From NCBI RefSeq assembly GCF_006345805.1, contig NC_043012.1, forward strand, positions 54,374,001 through 54,438,000: a stretch of DNA of 64,000 nt. Direction: 5' to 3'. The notes under the pieces were generated by a model, which saw only the letters and a program-made list of their open reading frames with translations, did not search any database and was not told the origin of the DNA. Position numbers and translations under genes: made by a program. This document shows positions 23,872 through 38,928 of the stretch, piece after piece (positions within the stretch are counted from its first letter, which is position 1; each line of letters opens with the position of its first letter). The DNA is from Octopus sinensis (lineage: Eukaryota).

Positions 23872-26442
23872 TTAACTGATTATTAATATCTCGTTAATAG
23901 AAAACAATTAGTGTCTCTGTAAATTTTGGTTGCTGTTTGTGGTTAAACATCCGGTGGAAGGAAGTCACATCACTGGACTCTGTGAAGTGGCTGGTGTTAA
24001 GAAGGGCATCCAGCCGCAGAAACCATGCCAACACAGACATTGGAATTTGGCTCAGTTCTCTGGCTCATCGACTCCTGTCAAACCGGCCAGCCCATAGCAA
24101 CATGGAAAACAGATGTTAAATGATGATGGTAATATAGAAGTAGGAAAGTGATGTTAATTATTAATAAGGATATATTTTTTTTGTTAATGAACTTCAACAA
24201 GATTTAATTATAAATCTAAAAAGTTTGATTCCTAATGAAGGCCAAAGGTGAAAAATTTAAGTTGATATTTAGCCCCAGACAACCCTGATTCAGCACACTA
24301 CAAAAGCATTTCCAGCATAACTAGTAAGCCTTTTTTGACAGTGGAGTATGATGCAAAGGGAATTTGGCTGTTATTTCTAGTAACAGAAAAAAACATCCCC
24401 AATCCTCCACTGTCTCCACAAATTTGAACAGACAGGTATGGTCTACTACATCAACCCTAGTAATTTGTTGGTTCTTTGTTTTATCTACTCTAGAAGGATG
24501 AAAGACAAAGTCAACTCAGGTAGAGGTTCAAATTAGAATTCAAAATAAGATACCTAAATACTTGTTAATTGCTCTGCTAAATCTGCCAACCTGCAAGACA
24601 TATAATTTTAAAAGAGAGATATTAATGTAAATTCTCAACCATCATCATCATCGTTATAACATCCACTTTTCCATGCCGGCATGGGTCAGAAAAAAATTCA
24701 TTGCAGCATATTTTTTTATAGCTGGATGCCCTTCCTGTTTTTTAGGAGGAAATATTTCCCCACAACCAGACATATTTTTCACAAAATGACATCACTTGTA
24801 TGACAGTAACACTCATTTAGAATCCACATGACATCAAGTCAAAGAGGGCACGCATGCACACACACATACACACACACAGATCAGTAAGCTTTTACCAGTT
24901 TCCATCTACAGAACCCACTTGCAAGACTTTAGTCGATCCAAGGCTTATAGTAAAAGACAGTTGCCCAAATTGTTGTGCAGTGAGACTGAACTAAAACCAT
25001 CCAAAAATTCTTGGACCCAATTCATTTTCTATAATTTAGAAACTTCACCAATCTAGAGAAAAGACATCATTAGTTGACTGCTCGAAACTTTAAAGAAAAT
25101 GAGAGAAACGTGGAATTTACGTATTTTATCAAGAAAACTTCGTCTAAAGAATCACAAATTAAACTCAAGTTATTTACATCTAAAGACAGTTGTCATATAT
25201 TTTTCGTGGCACAGATACGCTTGTGTTATATAAGGTGATACAATGTAATATGCAGTGAATATGAAGATATCAGGTAATCAATGAAATCTTGGTAGCTGTT
25301 GTATTATTCAATTAGATACAGTTGAATTATGTTCCAATTTTAAACCACATCTTAACGATTCATATGGTAGGAAGCCAGAATTAATTTAATGAACAGTTAC
25401 AGTTGAGTAAACTGAAGAATGAACGGCAACAGTAAGATTAATGATGGTAACAAGTGTACGAAAGTGAAAACGTTTATCTAACATGACACATATATATGCT
25501 CAAATGAAGTGTATGAGAGAGAAGAGGCTTATTTAACATGACATGTATATGTTCAAATGCTGTCCAAACAGCTCACAAAATTCTTGTTAAATAAGTCTTG
25601 TCAGCAATGAACTAATATCGATTTATACAGACAAACCACAATATATGAATACATGTGTATGTATATGTTAGAATGAACTACAAAAGAGCTACAGATTATC
25701 ATGATGATAGCCTATCAAAAAAATTGCCAATTTCATATCCTGTTACTAAGGCATTCTATCCATGGTCAAGATATTCAGCACTTTAGCCTTTAAACTAGTC
25801 ATAACTGGCTCAAATATTCTGCTTACTTTATGTTCAAATTGGCCAGATCCAGCCTCTCCCACTTATCCTACAATGTCACTGTGAAAATAAACAATCACAT
25901 CATTGAAATTTCAAAGCTATGAGAAAATGCATTATTAATTCAGAACAAAATGAATAAATCTGCATTACATTCGACAGAGTGATTTGAATGCTAAGGAGTT
26001 AATTTTTAATGTCCCAGACACCCCACCACAACAAAATAAATTCAATAGAGTCGAAGAAAGCCAGTAATTCTTTGTAGCAGGAAAGACAAAGTAACAAACA
26101 AGGTAGTAAAGTTGTATGTCATGATGCTTTTGAGCAGTACAAGCCATCAGGACTCATGTTTGCCCTGGGTACATGTTCTTTTATTTCATGACCTCCTAAT
26201 GACCCAATCTACTTAACTCATCATCATCAACATCACTATTTTGACATCCACTTTTCAATGCTTGCATGGGTCAGATGGAATTCTTCAAGGCAGACTTTCT
26301 ATGGCTAAACACCCTTTCTGTAACCAACTCTCACTAGTTTCCAAGCAAGGTGGTATTTCTTCGTGACTGGACACTTTTTCATGGGAAACTAGATATGAAG
26401 GGCACAGCTTATATGACAGTAACACTCGTTTACAAGTATCGT

Positions 26443-26765
26443 GAAGGCGCATGGCTAAGTGGTTAGGGTATTCAGCTCATGATCAGAAGGTCATGAGTTC
26501 CATTCTCAGTGGTATGCTGTGTCCTTGAGCAAGGTATGCCTTATTCCACATTCTTCCAGTTAACTCAGCTGGCAAAAATGAGTAGTACCTATAACTCAAA
26601 GTGCCAGTTGTGCCACATTCTGTGCTACATTGAATCTCCCTGAGAACAACATTAAGAGTGTGCAAGTCTGTGGAGTACTCAGCCACTTACACATCAACTT
26701 CATGGGCAGGCTGTTCCATTAATTGGATCAACTGAAACCCTCAATGTTACGACCAATCAAGTGCC
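26443..26765 (+). mobile_element. tRNA-derived SINE family D
   Basis: tRNA-like head and CORE-like GTCCTTGAGCAAG. Second copy at about 43892-44200. Confidence 0.7.
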
Positions 26766-27059
26766 AGGTTTTTTGGGTTTTTTTAAAGCATCAGGCAACA
26801 TCGCAAGACACAAACACACACATAAAATGAGTTTCTTTCAGTTTCCATCTCCAAAATCCTCTGACAAGTCTTTGGTTGATCCTGGACAACAGTAGGGGAC
26901 ATTTGCCCAAGGCGCCATACAGTGAGACTGAACCCAAAGCCATATGGTTTGAAAGCAAAGAACAAACTTCTTAACCACAGAACCAGATTGACATAATTCC
27001 CTTCTAACAGGGCTGAAGTATGCCACAGTCTATGTCCTACATCAAATAAGCACTGGCTT

Positions 27060-27372
27060 CAAGACCTGTGGTGGTGGTTGTTTCGTCTCGAGCCATGCCT
27101 GGCTCATAAGGGCCGGTTTCCCGGTTTCCTTGGCGTATAGGTTCCCCACATGGACAGGACGCCGGTCCGTCGCAGGTGAGCTGCAAGATGCAGGAGGAAA
27201 GAGTGAGAGAAAGTTGTGATGAAAGAGTCAGCAGAAGTTTCGCCACTCCCTTCTGCCGGAGCCACGTGGAGCTTAGGTATTTCGCTCATAAACACATACA
27301 CATTGCCCGGTCTGAGATTCGAACCCACTATCCCTCGACCGCAAGTCCGCTGCTCTAACCACTAGGCCATTT
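27060..27372 (-). mobile_element. tRNA-derived SINE family E with RTE-like tail
   Basis: tRNA-like head at about 27305-27372 and (CAC)n tail. Related copy at about 50500-50738. Confidence 0.6.
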
Positions 27373-28069
27373 GCCAGGAGACAAAGGGTCACCTTGATAC
27401 ACACCATGAAGATGAAACATCCGGTGATATTGTTACCAGCTGATGATGGTTTACCAAATCCTTAACCAAACCAAAGATGTATGAACCAGATAAATATAAA
27501 TATAAAATAACTCGTGAATGTAAATTACACGAAGGAACAGCTTTTTTTGCAACACAATCATTTTCATACTTCCTCACACACACACATAGAAATACAATCA
27601 TATGCACATAAGGAACACAACATACACCTACGGACACACACACACACATCTAGTCATAGAAAAACATCTACATCAACATTGGTGATTTGATCATCTAGAT
27701 CGCTCAACCGAAATGATTATAGTTAAATATATTTTTGAGTTACTATATAAACATACGCACATATACATATATAAACGCACATACACACATATATATAAAC
27801 GCACATACACACATTTATTATAACTAAGAAAATCAACATATACAGTTACACAGCGCGTGTGTGTGTGTGTGTGTGTGCGTGTGTGTGTGTGTGTGTGTGC
27901 ATGTGTGTTTTATCTGGTTTAGTAATCAACATATTTAGTTACATATGTATATTATACTCTACTATCCTAACTTGGCATTAAGTTTGTTTTTTTAAATTTT
28001 TGTTCTGCAAACAAACTCTCATACAAACATAAACACATATAAATGTGTATGTAGGGGTGGGAGGGTGCA

Positions 28070-28100
<31 letters not shown>

Positions 28101-28909
28101 GAGAAGGAGAAATGGAGGGAGAGAACTTAAAAAAAAAAAGACAGGACAAGTTCATGATCAAAATTATTTGTTAGACATTCAGAGAAAAAATACACACACA
28201 CATACGCGCACATAGATATATACACTCACACAAAATTTTTTTTTGTTTATATACATATATATGTATATGATGAAAAGACGAAACCATTTAACAGTATTTA
28301 TAAGCTTCACTGAATAAACTGCTTCTTCAGACTATTTTACCACAGAAATATTTTAAATATTTTAAATATTTTACATATCAGGCAAAAATCTTAGAATGAG
28401 AGAATATTTTATTAGAAACTAATAAATGGCTTTAAATTTTGGGATAAGGCTACCAATTTGAGCAGAGGGGGTTAGTCAATACCATTGGCCCCCACTACTT
28501 AACTGGTACTTAATTTTAACAGCCCTAAAAGGAAGAAAGGCAAAAATCAACCTCATCATCAATTAATATCCGTTTTCCATGCTAGCATGGGTTACAGTTT
28601 GATTGAAAACTGGTAAGCTGGAGAGCTGCACCAGGTGCCAATCTGATTTGGCCTGGTTTCTACAGCTGGATGCCCTTCTTAATGCAAACTACTCCAAGTA
28701 CACAGTGGATACTTCTTATATGTCACTGGCACAGGTGCCAGTTACGTAACACTGGCATCGGCCATGACTACAATCTCACCTGGCTTGACAAGCATGCTAT
28801 ATACCCAAAAGTGTGTGTGTGTGTGAAGGCACATGGCCAAGTTGTTAGGGTGCAGCACTCACAATCACTAGTTCGATTCTTTGGCCAGGCAGCATGCTGT
28901 GTTCTTGAG

Positions 28910-28975
28910 CACTTCAACATCTGACGTGTGATCACTTCAACATCTGACGTGTGATCACTTCAACATCTGATGTGA
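28910..28975. repeat. 23-bp tandem repeat cacttcaacatctgacgtgtgat, about 2.6 copies
   Basis: Read directly. Confidence 0.85.
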
Positions 28976-29127
28976 GGTGCACTTGTGCACCTGTACAAGC
29001 AATGTTGACTTGATGGAGGTAGTGAGCTGATGCACAATAAATATATTTGGTCACTATCAACAAATCGTTTGTGAAGGTCATTCAGCAAACACTGAATACT
29101 CATACATATCGTCTTCAACAGGAGACA

Positions 29128-29172
<45 letters not shown>

Positions 29173-29232
29173 TACACACATTGCTCTGTGGTTATTTCTT
29201 ATGGTTGTATGTTGCAGCGTGTATGTGTGTGT

Positions 29233-29270
<38 letters not shown>

Positions 29271-30249
29271 TAAGGCTGCAAGCTAGCAGAATCATTAGCC
29301 CACTGGACAAAATGCTTAGCAGCATTTCACCCATCTTTATGTTCTGAGTTCAAATTCTGCCAAGAATCAGCTTTACCTTTCATCTTCTCAGGGGTTGATG
29401 AAATAAGTACCAGTTGAGTGCTGGGACCAATATAATCAGCTCCCCCTTAAAAATTCCAGGCCTTGAACCTATAGTAGGAAGAATTATCATTATTATTATT
29501 ATTATTATTACTACTACTGAAAGACAGTGGAAAATTTATTTTTATCCAAATGTAGACTTCAGTCATTGTATTGTGCCCATGCTGGAGCATTGCCTTCAAG
29601 GGTTTCAGTTATATTGACTTCTATACTTATATCAAGCTATGACCCCTTTTATCAATCACTGTGTATTGAATGGCTAAGTCATTTTTGGCGCAAGAGAAAT
29701 CCAACTCAACACACCATTTTATAACACCATAACCCCACACAGAATCCCCATCTCTTGAATTCTTTAATTCCTTTCAAAAAGGCATTGGTCAACTGAAGGC
29801 TCTGCTCAGTGATTGAACCCAGAATTAAATGGTTGCAAAGTAAACTTCTTAACCACATGTTTTGTTTTGTTCCATTTTGTTTTCTTTATGTTTCAGTCAG
29901 AAAGTGGGGAATGAATGTGTTTCTCAGACTTGCAGCTGTCTTACAAGAAGAGATGAGGGCTGTGATCACGGATGCTGCTACTAATGGTGACAGTAATGGG
30001 GCTGTAATAACGTGAGTGCATATGGGGTGGGGTCTCCTTTTCAAGCCCTTCCCCACTTCCACCCTCACCACTTATTCTCACTCTGACAGGCAGCCGTTTC
30101 CTTTTCTTCTTTGACAAAACTGCATCATTGTAGAAGTTTAGAAACATGGTTGCCTGGATTGAAGAAAGAGGTGATTCTCTCTCTCTCTCATCCCCCACCT
30201 CTGTGTCCATGACCATCACAGTTCTGAGACTGGTCACGGTGACATGGCA

Positions 30250-30600
30250 AATGTTCAGCTTAAATAGCTGCAAGTAAATGCCTGTCTATAACAGAAAAAA
30301 AAAACATAGGCAGGCAGAGAATTCTATTGAGATGAGGTCCTGAGAAGGAAGAACTCAAGTAAGAGATTAAACGAGAGATTCAGAAGATGTGAGATACATA
30401 GACTGGAATAACATAAGAAGACATGGTTTTTGATGGGTAGACTTGGCCGGCAGTGGTACATTAGCTAAAAAGCTGTGGAAAGCAGAGATTATTGTAGAAA
30501 CAATAGAAGAAGCAAAGCAAGGAGACAGTGTCTGTAGTTCTATAGTTAGAGAGCAGAGTGTGGTGAAGCCAACAAAATTACATATTGGTCTAGATGAGTG
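30250..30600 (-). mobile_element. CR1/L2-group LINE 3' fragment
   Basis: VSLLCFFYCFYNNLC...SSFLLRTSSQ*NSLPAYVF...LQLFKLNI. Same region as 20356-20775. Confidence 0.55.
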
Positions 30601-30659
30601 TTAAGTTGAACTAAGACATGCAACCTATCCTAGAGGTGTTATATAAGCCTCATAGTTCA

Positions 30660-31222
30660 ATCTTATTTTATTGCACACAAGGGGCTAAACACAGGGGACA
30701 AACAAGGACATACAAAAGGATTAAGTCGATTATATCGACCCAGTGCACAACTGGTACTTATTTAATTGACCCCGAAAGGATGAAAGGCAAAGTCGACCTC
30801 GGTGGAATTTGAACTCAGAACGTAGCGGCAGATGAAATACCTATTCCTTTACTACCCACAAGAGGCTAAACACAGAGGAGACAAACAAGGACAGACAGAC
30901 GGTTTAAGTCGATTATATCGACCCCAGTGTGCAACTGGTACTTAATTTATTGACCCCGAAAGGATGAAAGGCAAAGTCGACTTTGGTGGAATTTGAACTC
31001 ACAATGTAGTGGCAGACAAAATACCTATTTCTTTACTACCCACAAGGGGTTAAACACAGAAGGGACAAACAAGGATAGACATACGGATTAAGTTGATTAT
31101 ATCGACCCCAGTGCGCAACTGGTACTTAATTTATCGACCCTGAAAGGATGAACATAACAGCAGACAAAATACCGCTAAGCATTTCGCCCGGCGTGCTAAC
31201 ATTTCTGCCAGCTCACTGCCTT
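30660..31222 (-). mobile_element. SINE family B with its body tandemly triplicated (~182-bp period)
   Basis: Units start at about 30669, 30850 and 31033. Only one head, at about 31160-31222. Confidence 0.75.
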
Positions 31223-31875
31223 CTTATGGAGCTTACACAAAACCAAGTTTATACAACTTGTTTCCTTTTTTTTTTCCGCTTCTATTTCTGCTTTGCTTAT
31301 ACTAAAGAATGCCCAGGAAGTTCTGACTAATTAATTGGTAATGTTAATTATAATATATAGCTGTATAATCAACACTCTTAATTATCAATATGTCAGAGAC
31401 TGCCCTGCACTAGAGTGTTAAATTAGAATCTCATTACAACATGAACAATATCACAAAACTTCATTTGATTAACAACAACATAATACATACACATATTCAT
31501 AATATGAAAAATGTGTATGCACGTATGTGTGCATATATATATATATGTATTCCAGAACTGAAACCAGAACCATGTGGTTAGGAAGCAAGACTCTTACCAC
31601 ATATATAAAAGAACAGACATGCCTGTGAGGCTCAAAATGTATTTCCCAGCCATGTGGTTACAGGTTCAGTCCCACTGTATGGTAATTTAGGCAAGTGTCA
31701 TCTACTGTAACCTCAGACCAACCAAAATCTTGAGAGTAGATTTAGTAGAGTAACTGAAAAAAGCCCATCAAGAATATAAATATATTGCTTTGTGTGTGTA
31801 TGTAAGAGAAAAGCATATGTGTATGTGAGAGAAAGAGCATATGACACACATATACACACGTGTGTGTGTGTGTAT

Positions 31876-32170
31876 CACCATGACCACTGTGACCGACCAG
31901 ACTATCAGATGTTTCTACACATTGCTGGTCACAATGCGTTTTACATTGTTTTAGCCTTCAAATGATGCCACCCCGCAGGCTAAGCGAGCAGGCCAACAGA
32001 AGAAAGAGTGAGAGAAAGTTGTGGCGAAAGAGTACAGCAGAGATCGCCACCGTCCCTTGTTGAAGCCTCATGGAGCTTTAAGTGTTTTTGCTCAATAAAC
32101 ACTCACAACGCCCAGTCTGGGAATCGAAACCGCAAGTCCACTGCCCTAACCACTGGGTCATTGTGCCTCC
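31876..32170 (-). mobile_element. tRNA-derived SINE family F
   Basis: Aligns to the copy at about 48492-48780. tRNA-like head at the right end. Confidence 0.7.
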
Positions 32171-32176
32171 ATATAT

Positions 32177-32211
<35 letters not shown>

Positions 32212-32556
32212 GGAAAAAAAAGTCAAGATATATATATATATTATATGAAGTTGAAGATATCTTATTAAGCCCTTCCAAAATCTCAATTATACTGAAAATT
32301 AATTGAAACATAGATAGCATAATCATTACAAACATAGGATTAATGAAATATGGAGAGATTTCAGAAACAGTAAATCCTAAAGAATTAAGTGGAATTTCTG
32401 CCACAACCATCTCTGATCAAAACAGACCAGAGAGATTAGAAGGCTCAACATTTCAAATCAAACTGTGAATAAATAAATATAAATGTTTAAAAACCTCGTT
32501 AATTAACATAGCTGTAAGACTGAATGGCTGTAAGGTTAGTTTTGAAGTTCAATACT

Positions 32557-32895
32557 TGTAGGTATAACAAAGAGGTTGGTGAAATTGGGGCCCATTCTCG
32601 TTCCCATCGCGACCCCAGACAACTGCTGGTAGGTTTCCCCAGCGAACATAAAGTAGTTGAAGGTGAGAACGAGCTCTGCCAGGTGAAGAAGGGTGGAGGT
32701 GCTGGGTGTGGAGTCAGGGTGACGGTCAAGGAAGTATTGGAGGGCTAAGAGACCATCATTGTGGGGAATCACTGTGTATAGGGATTTGATGTCCAAAGTG
32801 TAGAGGAGGTGTGAGAAGCCAGGAGGGAAGAAACAGGAATTGAAGAGGCGAAAGGTGTGATTAGTGTCGTGTGTGTGGGATGGGAGGGCAGCAAC

Positions 32896-32905
<10 letters not shown>
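32557..32905 (-). mobile_element. Penelope-like element reverse transcriptase fragment
   Basis: LPSHTHDTNH...TLDIKSLYTVIPH (motif A)...YQQLSGVAMGTRMGPNFTNLFV (motif B). Confidence 0.9.
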
Positions 32906-32937
<32 letters not shown>

Positions 32938-35900
32938 TGAAGGCACATGGCTCATTGGTTAGAGCATCGAACTCACAATCATGAGGTAGTGAGTTTAATT
33001 CTTGGACTGGGCTATGTGTTGTGTTCTCGAGCAAGACACTTGTTTCATGTTGCTCCAGTTCACTCAGTTGCAGAAATGATTTGGGACGTCACTGGTACCA
33101 AGCTGTATCGGCCTTTGCCTTTCCCTTGGATAACATTGGTGGCATGGTCGACTGATGGTCTTCCATAAACAACCTTGTCCAAACTCGTATCTCAGAGGGG
33201 AACTTTCTAGGCACAATCCCAAGGTCATTTCATAGCTGAAGGGGTTTTTTACCCTTTTATGTATATGCAAAAGGCGTCTTTCAGTCCATCTACTAGGGCT
33301 TTAGTTGGTTCAGGGCTATAGCAGGTACCATACACTGAGATTGAACTCAAAACCATATGGTTGTGAAGCAAACTGCTTAACCACACAACCATGCCTCCAC
33401 CTAAAACAAACAAAAAATAAGAAGCTATTGCATCAAAATCTATATAAATTTGCAAGAATCCAATCTGAAACCACAATAGCTCGGGAAAATAATCAATGTA
33501 AAATAGGAGAGAAAGAGAGAAAACCAAATTTCTATAAGCGATTGCTCTTCAAAACCGTCTTCTCAATCATACCTGAATGCCATCCAAAAAGAAAAATTTG
33601 TGCCAATACAAATAATGTGTGACAATTTAACTGAAAGAAATTTCTAAGCCTGTGATTCAATTCCGACAGAGTATGCCAGAATCAAAAGCTAAGCAAGATA
33701 TCGGAGTATTTCAACTGTTCATTTCCTACCAACAGACTGACTGACTATTTCTTTGAGAAGGAACGACGGAGAATAATTGTTAATACTAATCAATACTTTA
33801 AATGATTCCAGTCAAGAGTAGAAAAGCAGCAATTTTTAGCGAGAGAATTTGATTAGAAACAAATGGCTAAAGCATCGATTCATTGCATACAAACAAAATA
33901 AAAAGGAAAAGAAAAAAAAAAATGTAATCTAATTTCTGTTGACAAGTTTAGAAAATTTCCAAACATATAAGTGCCTTGGTTACGCAGTTATCTAAATAAA
34001 ATCGCTAAGAAACATATAGAAAATTGAGACAAAGTGTTCTACAATTTAATAAGATAATCTTTAAGACAATTTACGATATGAAAGAAGCAGAAAAAAAATA
34101 AATAACTTCTATTGAATACATTGAGTAATTAACAGTAATTAGCATATGTAGAATACAAACGGTACCAATTGCAAAGAATTAACACTTCAATAAAATAGTC
34201 TTTTGTTAGAAAGTAGCAGCTAGCTGAAGAATGTGTATTGTAGAATGTGTGTATTTACATAGAACATTTCAGCATTTATGTAGAGCTGTGTGCTCAATTC
34301 CACTTCACAACACCTTAGGTAAGTATCTTCTACCACAGCCCTTACAGCTGAGCCAACTAATGCCTTGTGAGTGAATTTGATGAGCAGAAACTGTGGAAGG
34401 TTATTGTGTATGTGTATATAAGTATGTGTGTGTGTGTGTGTGTTCACCACTTGACAGACAAGTGTTGATTTGCTTATATCCCCGTATCTTGGCAGTTCAG
34501 ATAAAGAGACTGATAGAATAAATAGCAAACTTCAAAAGCATAAAAAAAAGTATAGGGGTCAATTTGCTTGACTAAGCCCGTCAAGGCAGTGCCTCAGCAT
34601 GGCCACACTCCAAAGACTGAAACAAGTTAAAAAAAAAGAAAAAGATTTTTATGCTCAAAAAAACACGTCTACTTTATTATAGCGGAATCGTGTTGGGATG
34701 ATAAGAAAAAAAATGACAAATGTGAGGAGAGAAACTTAGTTAAACTGCAATGATGGTGTGATATGATAACATTCACTGAAATATATTTGTGCTACTTAAA
34801 TAGCTCTTCAATCATTCTTGAACAAAATGCTTTTCTCAGTGTGCAAATCAAAAAGCAACTCATAGCCCACTTAGCCATTTATCAAACATATTTTATCATT
34901 TGTTATCAAGTCTAACGGGGGAGAAACTTTATGTGATTATTCAACTTGCTACAAAAAATTTTTTTTTTAATCAGCCCAAATCTCCCTCTTCAAGTTAGGA
35001 CCACAGTCATAGAAAGAAAAGAATTCATAGGTTAATAAACACTGAAAAATACTGATGTGTGTTTATTTATTTATTTTTTATTTTTTATTTTATCTAGTTT
35101 CAGCTCACGAGCTTTGGCCATGCTGGGGCACCGCCATTTGGTGTTGCTACATAATTTTACTTCACGAATTCCATTTAGGAATTGACATTTGGTGCATGAG
35201 AGAGTTTGATGCAGCTGCCCTCATCTGCACCTCCTGCTGCGAAGTTGGTTCATCTGGGACACCTGACAGGAAGAAGTCCAACTTTATTTTGAAGACACCT
35301 ACATCCACCCCATGCAGGTCTCTCAGGTTATTGAAGAGCTCTGAAGCCTAGACTATTGAAGTTTCTTGTCCTATATCCTATATTTGTATAATGTGTGAAT
35401 AGTTGTATAATCACCATCATTTAACAACCTTTTTCCCATATGGACATGGGTTGGACAATTCATCAGGAACTGATGGACCAGTGGACAGCATCAAGCTTCA
35501 GTGTCTGCTTTTGCATGGTTTCTTTGGCTGGATGCTCTTCCTAACAACAACCACTTTGCAACATGAACTGGGCGTTTTTTTTTTTCATGGCATGAGTTGA
35601 ACGGTTTGATAAGAGCTGACAAGCCAGAGGACAGTGCTGAACTCTAATGTCTGTTTTGGCATGGTTTCTATGGCTGGGTGCCCTTCCTAATGCCAACCAC
35701 TTTACAGAGTGTTCTTCATGGCACCAATACTATTGAGGCCACCAAGTAACTCACAGGACCCCTCAATTGAGTTAGGTATAGTACTGAAGGATGTGAAAGT
35801 ATGATGTAGGGACAGGGATAGATGTCTTGCTGAAGAGGTGAGTACATACCCCACTCCCAGCTGGAAAGAGAGAAAGAGATGGTGAAGGCATACTCTCAAG

Positions 35901-36940
35901 GAACAAGATGAATATGACAGAGAGAGAGAACAAGGATAAATGAACAGAAAAGTAAGATCATGGTTGTTTGGTGTGTGCTGACCAAGGGTTCAACAACAAA
36001 AACAACTCTTTTAAAGTTAACAGTAAACAGTCTTTGGTAAAAACACCCCAAGTCACTTAGTCACTGTTAGTCTACAACTGAAGAAAATGTTTTACACTAG
36101 TAACTGTGGGAAATAATAGTGCAGGTGTTTATAAATGGCAAATAAGACAGTATTCAGAATGTTGATATAGCAGCTGTTGATTGTGTGAGTGAGTGAGAGT
36201 ATGAGAGAGAATTGGTATTTGACTGTTATTTCTAGCAGGCCAAGCAAACACAAGAGACTTCTCCTTTATTAGCTCAAGACTTTTAGTATCATCTGTCATG
36301 ATAAATTTTCTTTTTCATTTTTTTTTTCTTTTTTTATATATAATTTCACTTGAAAAAGTAAGAATTCTTTATAAATGTAGATATTTGTGGGAGACAGTTT
36401 CTTTCTTATTCTCTCTTTGTTTTTTTTTTTGTTTTTTTGTATTTTTTGGTAGAGTTGAAAATATTATTTTACAGTAGATTTATCAATCCCACCACTCTTG
36501 AAATAAATAAAAAATAAAAATAAAAACAACAAACAAACTCTTCAAAGAAACTGTAACCTATTCCATTTTTGTAAAAGTTTTAGAGAGACAAACAGACAGA
36601 CACTGGTAAAATATAAAAGAGACAGACAGACAGACTGACTGACAAAAAGAGAGGCAGACTGTTGAAACGTAAGAGACACACAGACAGACAGACAGTTATA
36701 GACAGACAAGCAGTGTGTTGAAACATGAAAGAATTGACATGTGCAACAAAGTCAGTCTCTCAAGCTACATTGTATGAAACTAGCTTGGCAAGAGAAATAA
36801 GGAGTTTAGCCAGAATTGTTTGAAGCAATGGAAATAGAGAAACCGAAATAAATCTATAGACGTGAATTGAAATATGTTTTGGCAGACAAAAAGATTCATT
36901 TCTTTTAAACATCATAAACTGTCATAATAATACTGAGTGA

Positions 36941-36976
<36 letters not shown>

Positions 36977-37220
36977 ATGTGTACACACAGATATACATCA
37001 CATACAAATCACAATGCTTGGTATACAACTATACATTCTTGGAGATATATATACATATATATATATATATATACATACACCTCTCCAACACATCTTTTCT
37101 ATATTTTATAAATATACATACAAGAAATCTAAGATTTTATACACACAGAGTCTAACAAATTTAGTAAGATTATATATATATATAATAAAATTGCACACAC
37201 AGGCATATACATATATATAT

Positions 37221-37280
<60 letters not shown>

Positions 37281-38405
37281 TATGTATGCTTGTGTGTGCA
37301 ATTTTAATTTGTAAAACCCTAAATCATATGTCAAAACATTAACAGATTTGGTGTGAAACTGGAAAGAGAAAGCAGTGGTTGTGCTGAGAAAGGTGAAAGA
37401 AAGTATTATGAAGAGAAACAGATTACATGTATATAGATATGTGGAAGACTGACAGGGTGGCAGACAGCAGCTTTTGAGATAATCAGTCGGACAAGAAAAC
37501 AGTTAAATAAATGAAGATCTAAACCAATGTGACAGATGAAGAGAGAGCATGAGTAAGTGAGAAGAATGAGAAGTTAGAGAGGTAACACAATAAAGTAACA
37601 TAGGAATAGAGAGTGAGCGAGAGTGATTAAGAAAGAGATCTTCATATATTATATTGAAGCAGGTAAGAAAAACTGGGGAAGGGGAGTGGAGGCACAATTT
37701 AAATGAGAAAAAAAAGGAAGTTTGTGTGTGTGTGTGTGTATCTTGTGTGATCGATCATACTATTGGATGGTGTTTAACATTGCTGATCACAATGCGCTTT
37801 GTATCATTTTAGATTTTGAATGATACCCCCACTGAGTAGGCAAGCAGGCCACCATTTCTCCCAATCGGAAAACTAGTTTGTTGCAGGGTTACCCATTAAC
37901 AGCTGAGTTGACTGGAGCGACATGATTTGAAGTGTTTTGCCCAAGAACACAAAGCACAGCTGGTCCAGGGAATTGAAACCACTAGCTCAAATCATGAGTG
38001 CCATGCACTGTCACACACACACACACACACACACACAAACATGAATCAAAACAACTGAAATGAATGTAAATATTCTTTTCAACTCTAGGCACAAGGCCCG
38101 GAATTTTGGGGAGGGGTGGGGCCAGTCGATTAGATCGACCTCAGTACGCAACTGGTACTTAATTTATCAACCTCAAAAAGATGAAAGACAAAGTCGACCT
38201 CGGCAGAATTTGAACTCAAAACATAAAGACCGCTAATGTTTCAGCCAGCTTGCCACCTTAATAATAAATGCAAATATTACGAAGCTTGAAAATAGGTAGC
38301 GTAAGACAAGGGTAAACATGTATTTATATTCTTACTTCACCCACAGCCCAGCTTAGTAATATACAGCCTTTTTGTTACTATATTTCTGCTAAAATAGTAC
38401 CAAAC

Positions 38406-38509
38406 AGTAAAGTTTATTCGCCCACAAAATGCAGTAATCCTACAGAGGACAATGTAGTAACATCGTCCTGTGTAGGACTGCTACATTTTGTTGGCAAATA
38501 AACTTTACT
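38406..38509. mobile_element. 104-bp palindromic element (45-bp arms)
   Basis: agtaaagtttatt...gaggac and gtcctg...aataaactttact, 39/45 positions complementary. Confidence 0.75.
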
Positions 38510-38887
38510 ATGTGTGTGTGTGTGTGGTGTGTGTGTGTGTGTAGCCAGTTCCAGTGGATTTGACTAAACAGGCACTAAATGATGATGATGGCACACACAC
38601 ATTGCAGTGTGGCCAGCAAGAAAAATCTAGACATCATTAAAACTATACCACCATAAGCTGTTTTATTACGTTTCAGGTAATTCATTTTACTTAAGGATAT
38701 TAAAGAAGCAGAAAACAATGTTTTGTGTTCCTATATTTTTAGCCCCCTATGTCCGAGTTCAAATCCTATCATAAAAAGATTTTCCTCTCCTTCAGGGCTA
38801 AATGCTTTTGTTGTTGTTTAGCCTCAGCTCAATACTAATTAAGCAGTCATATCAACAAAGGCATTCCAGCTATGACCATTCCATCTA

Positions 38888-38928
<41 letters not shown>

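Noticed and set aside
27405-27470. CTGATGA words at about 2776, 27409, 41438 and 63656
   Set aside because: No stem II, GAAA or stem III at the required spacing, so these are not hammerheads.
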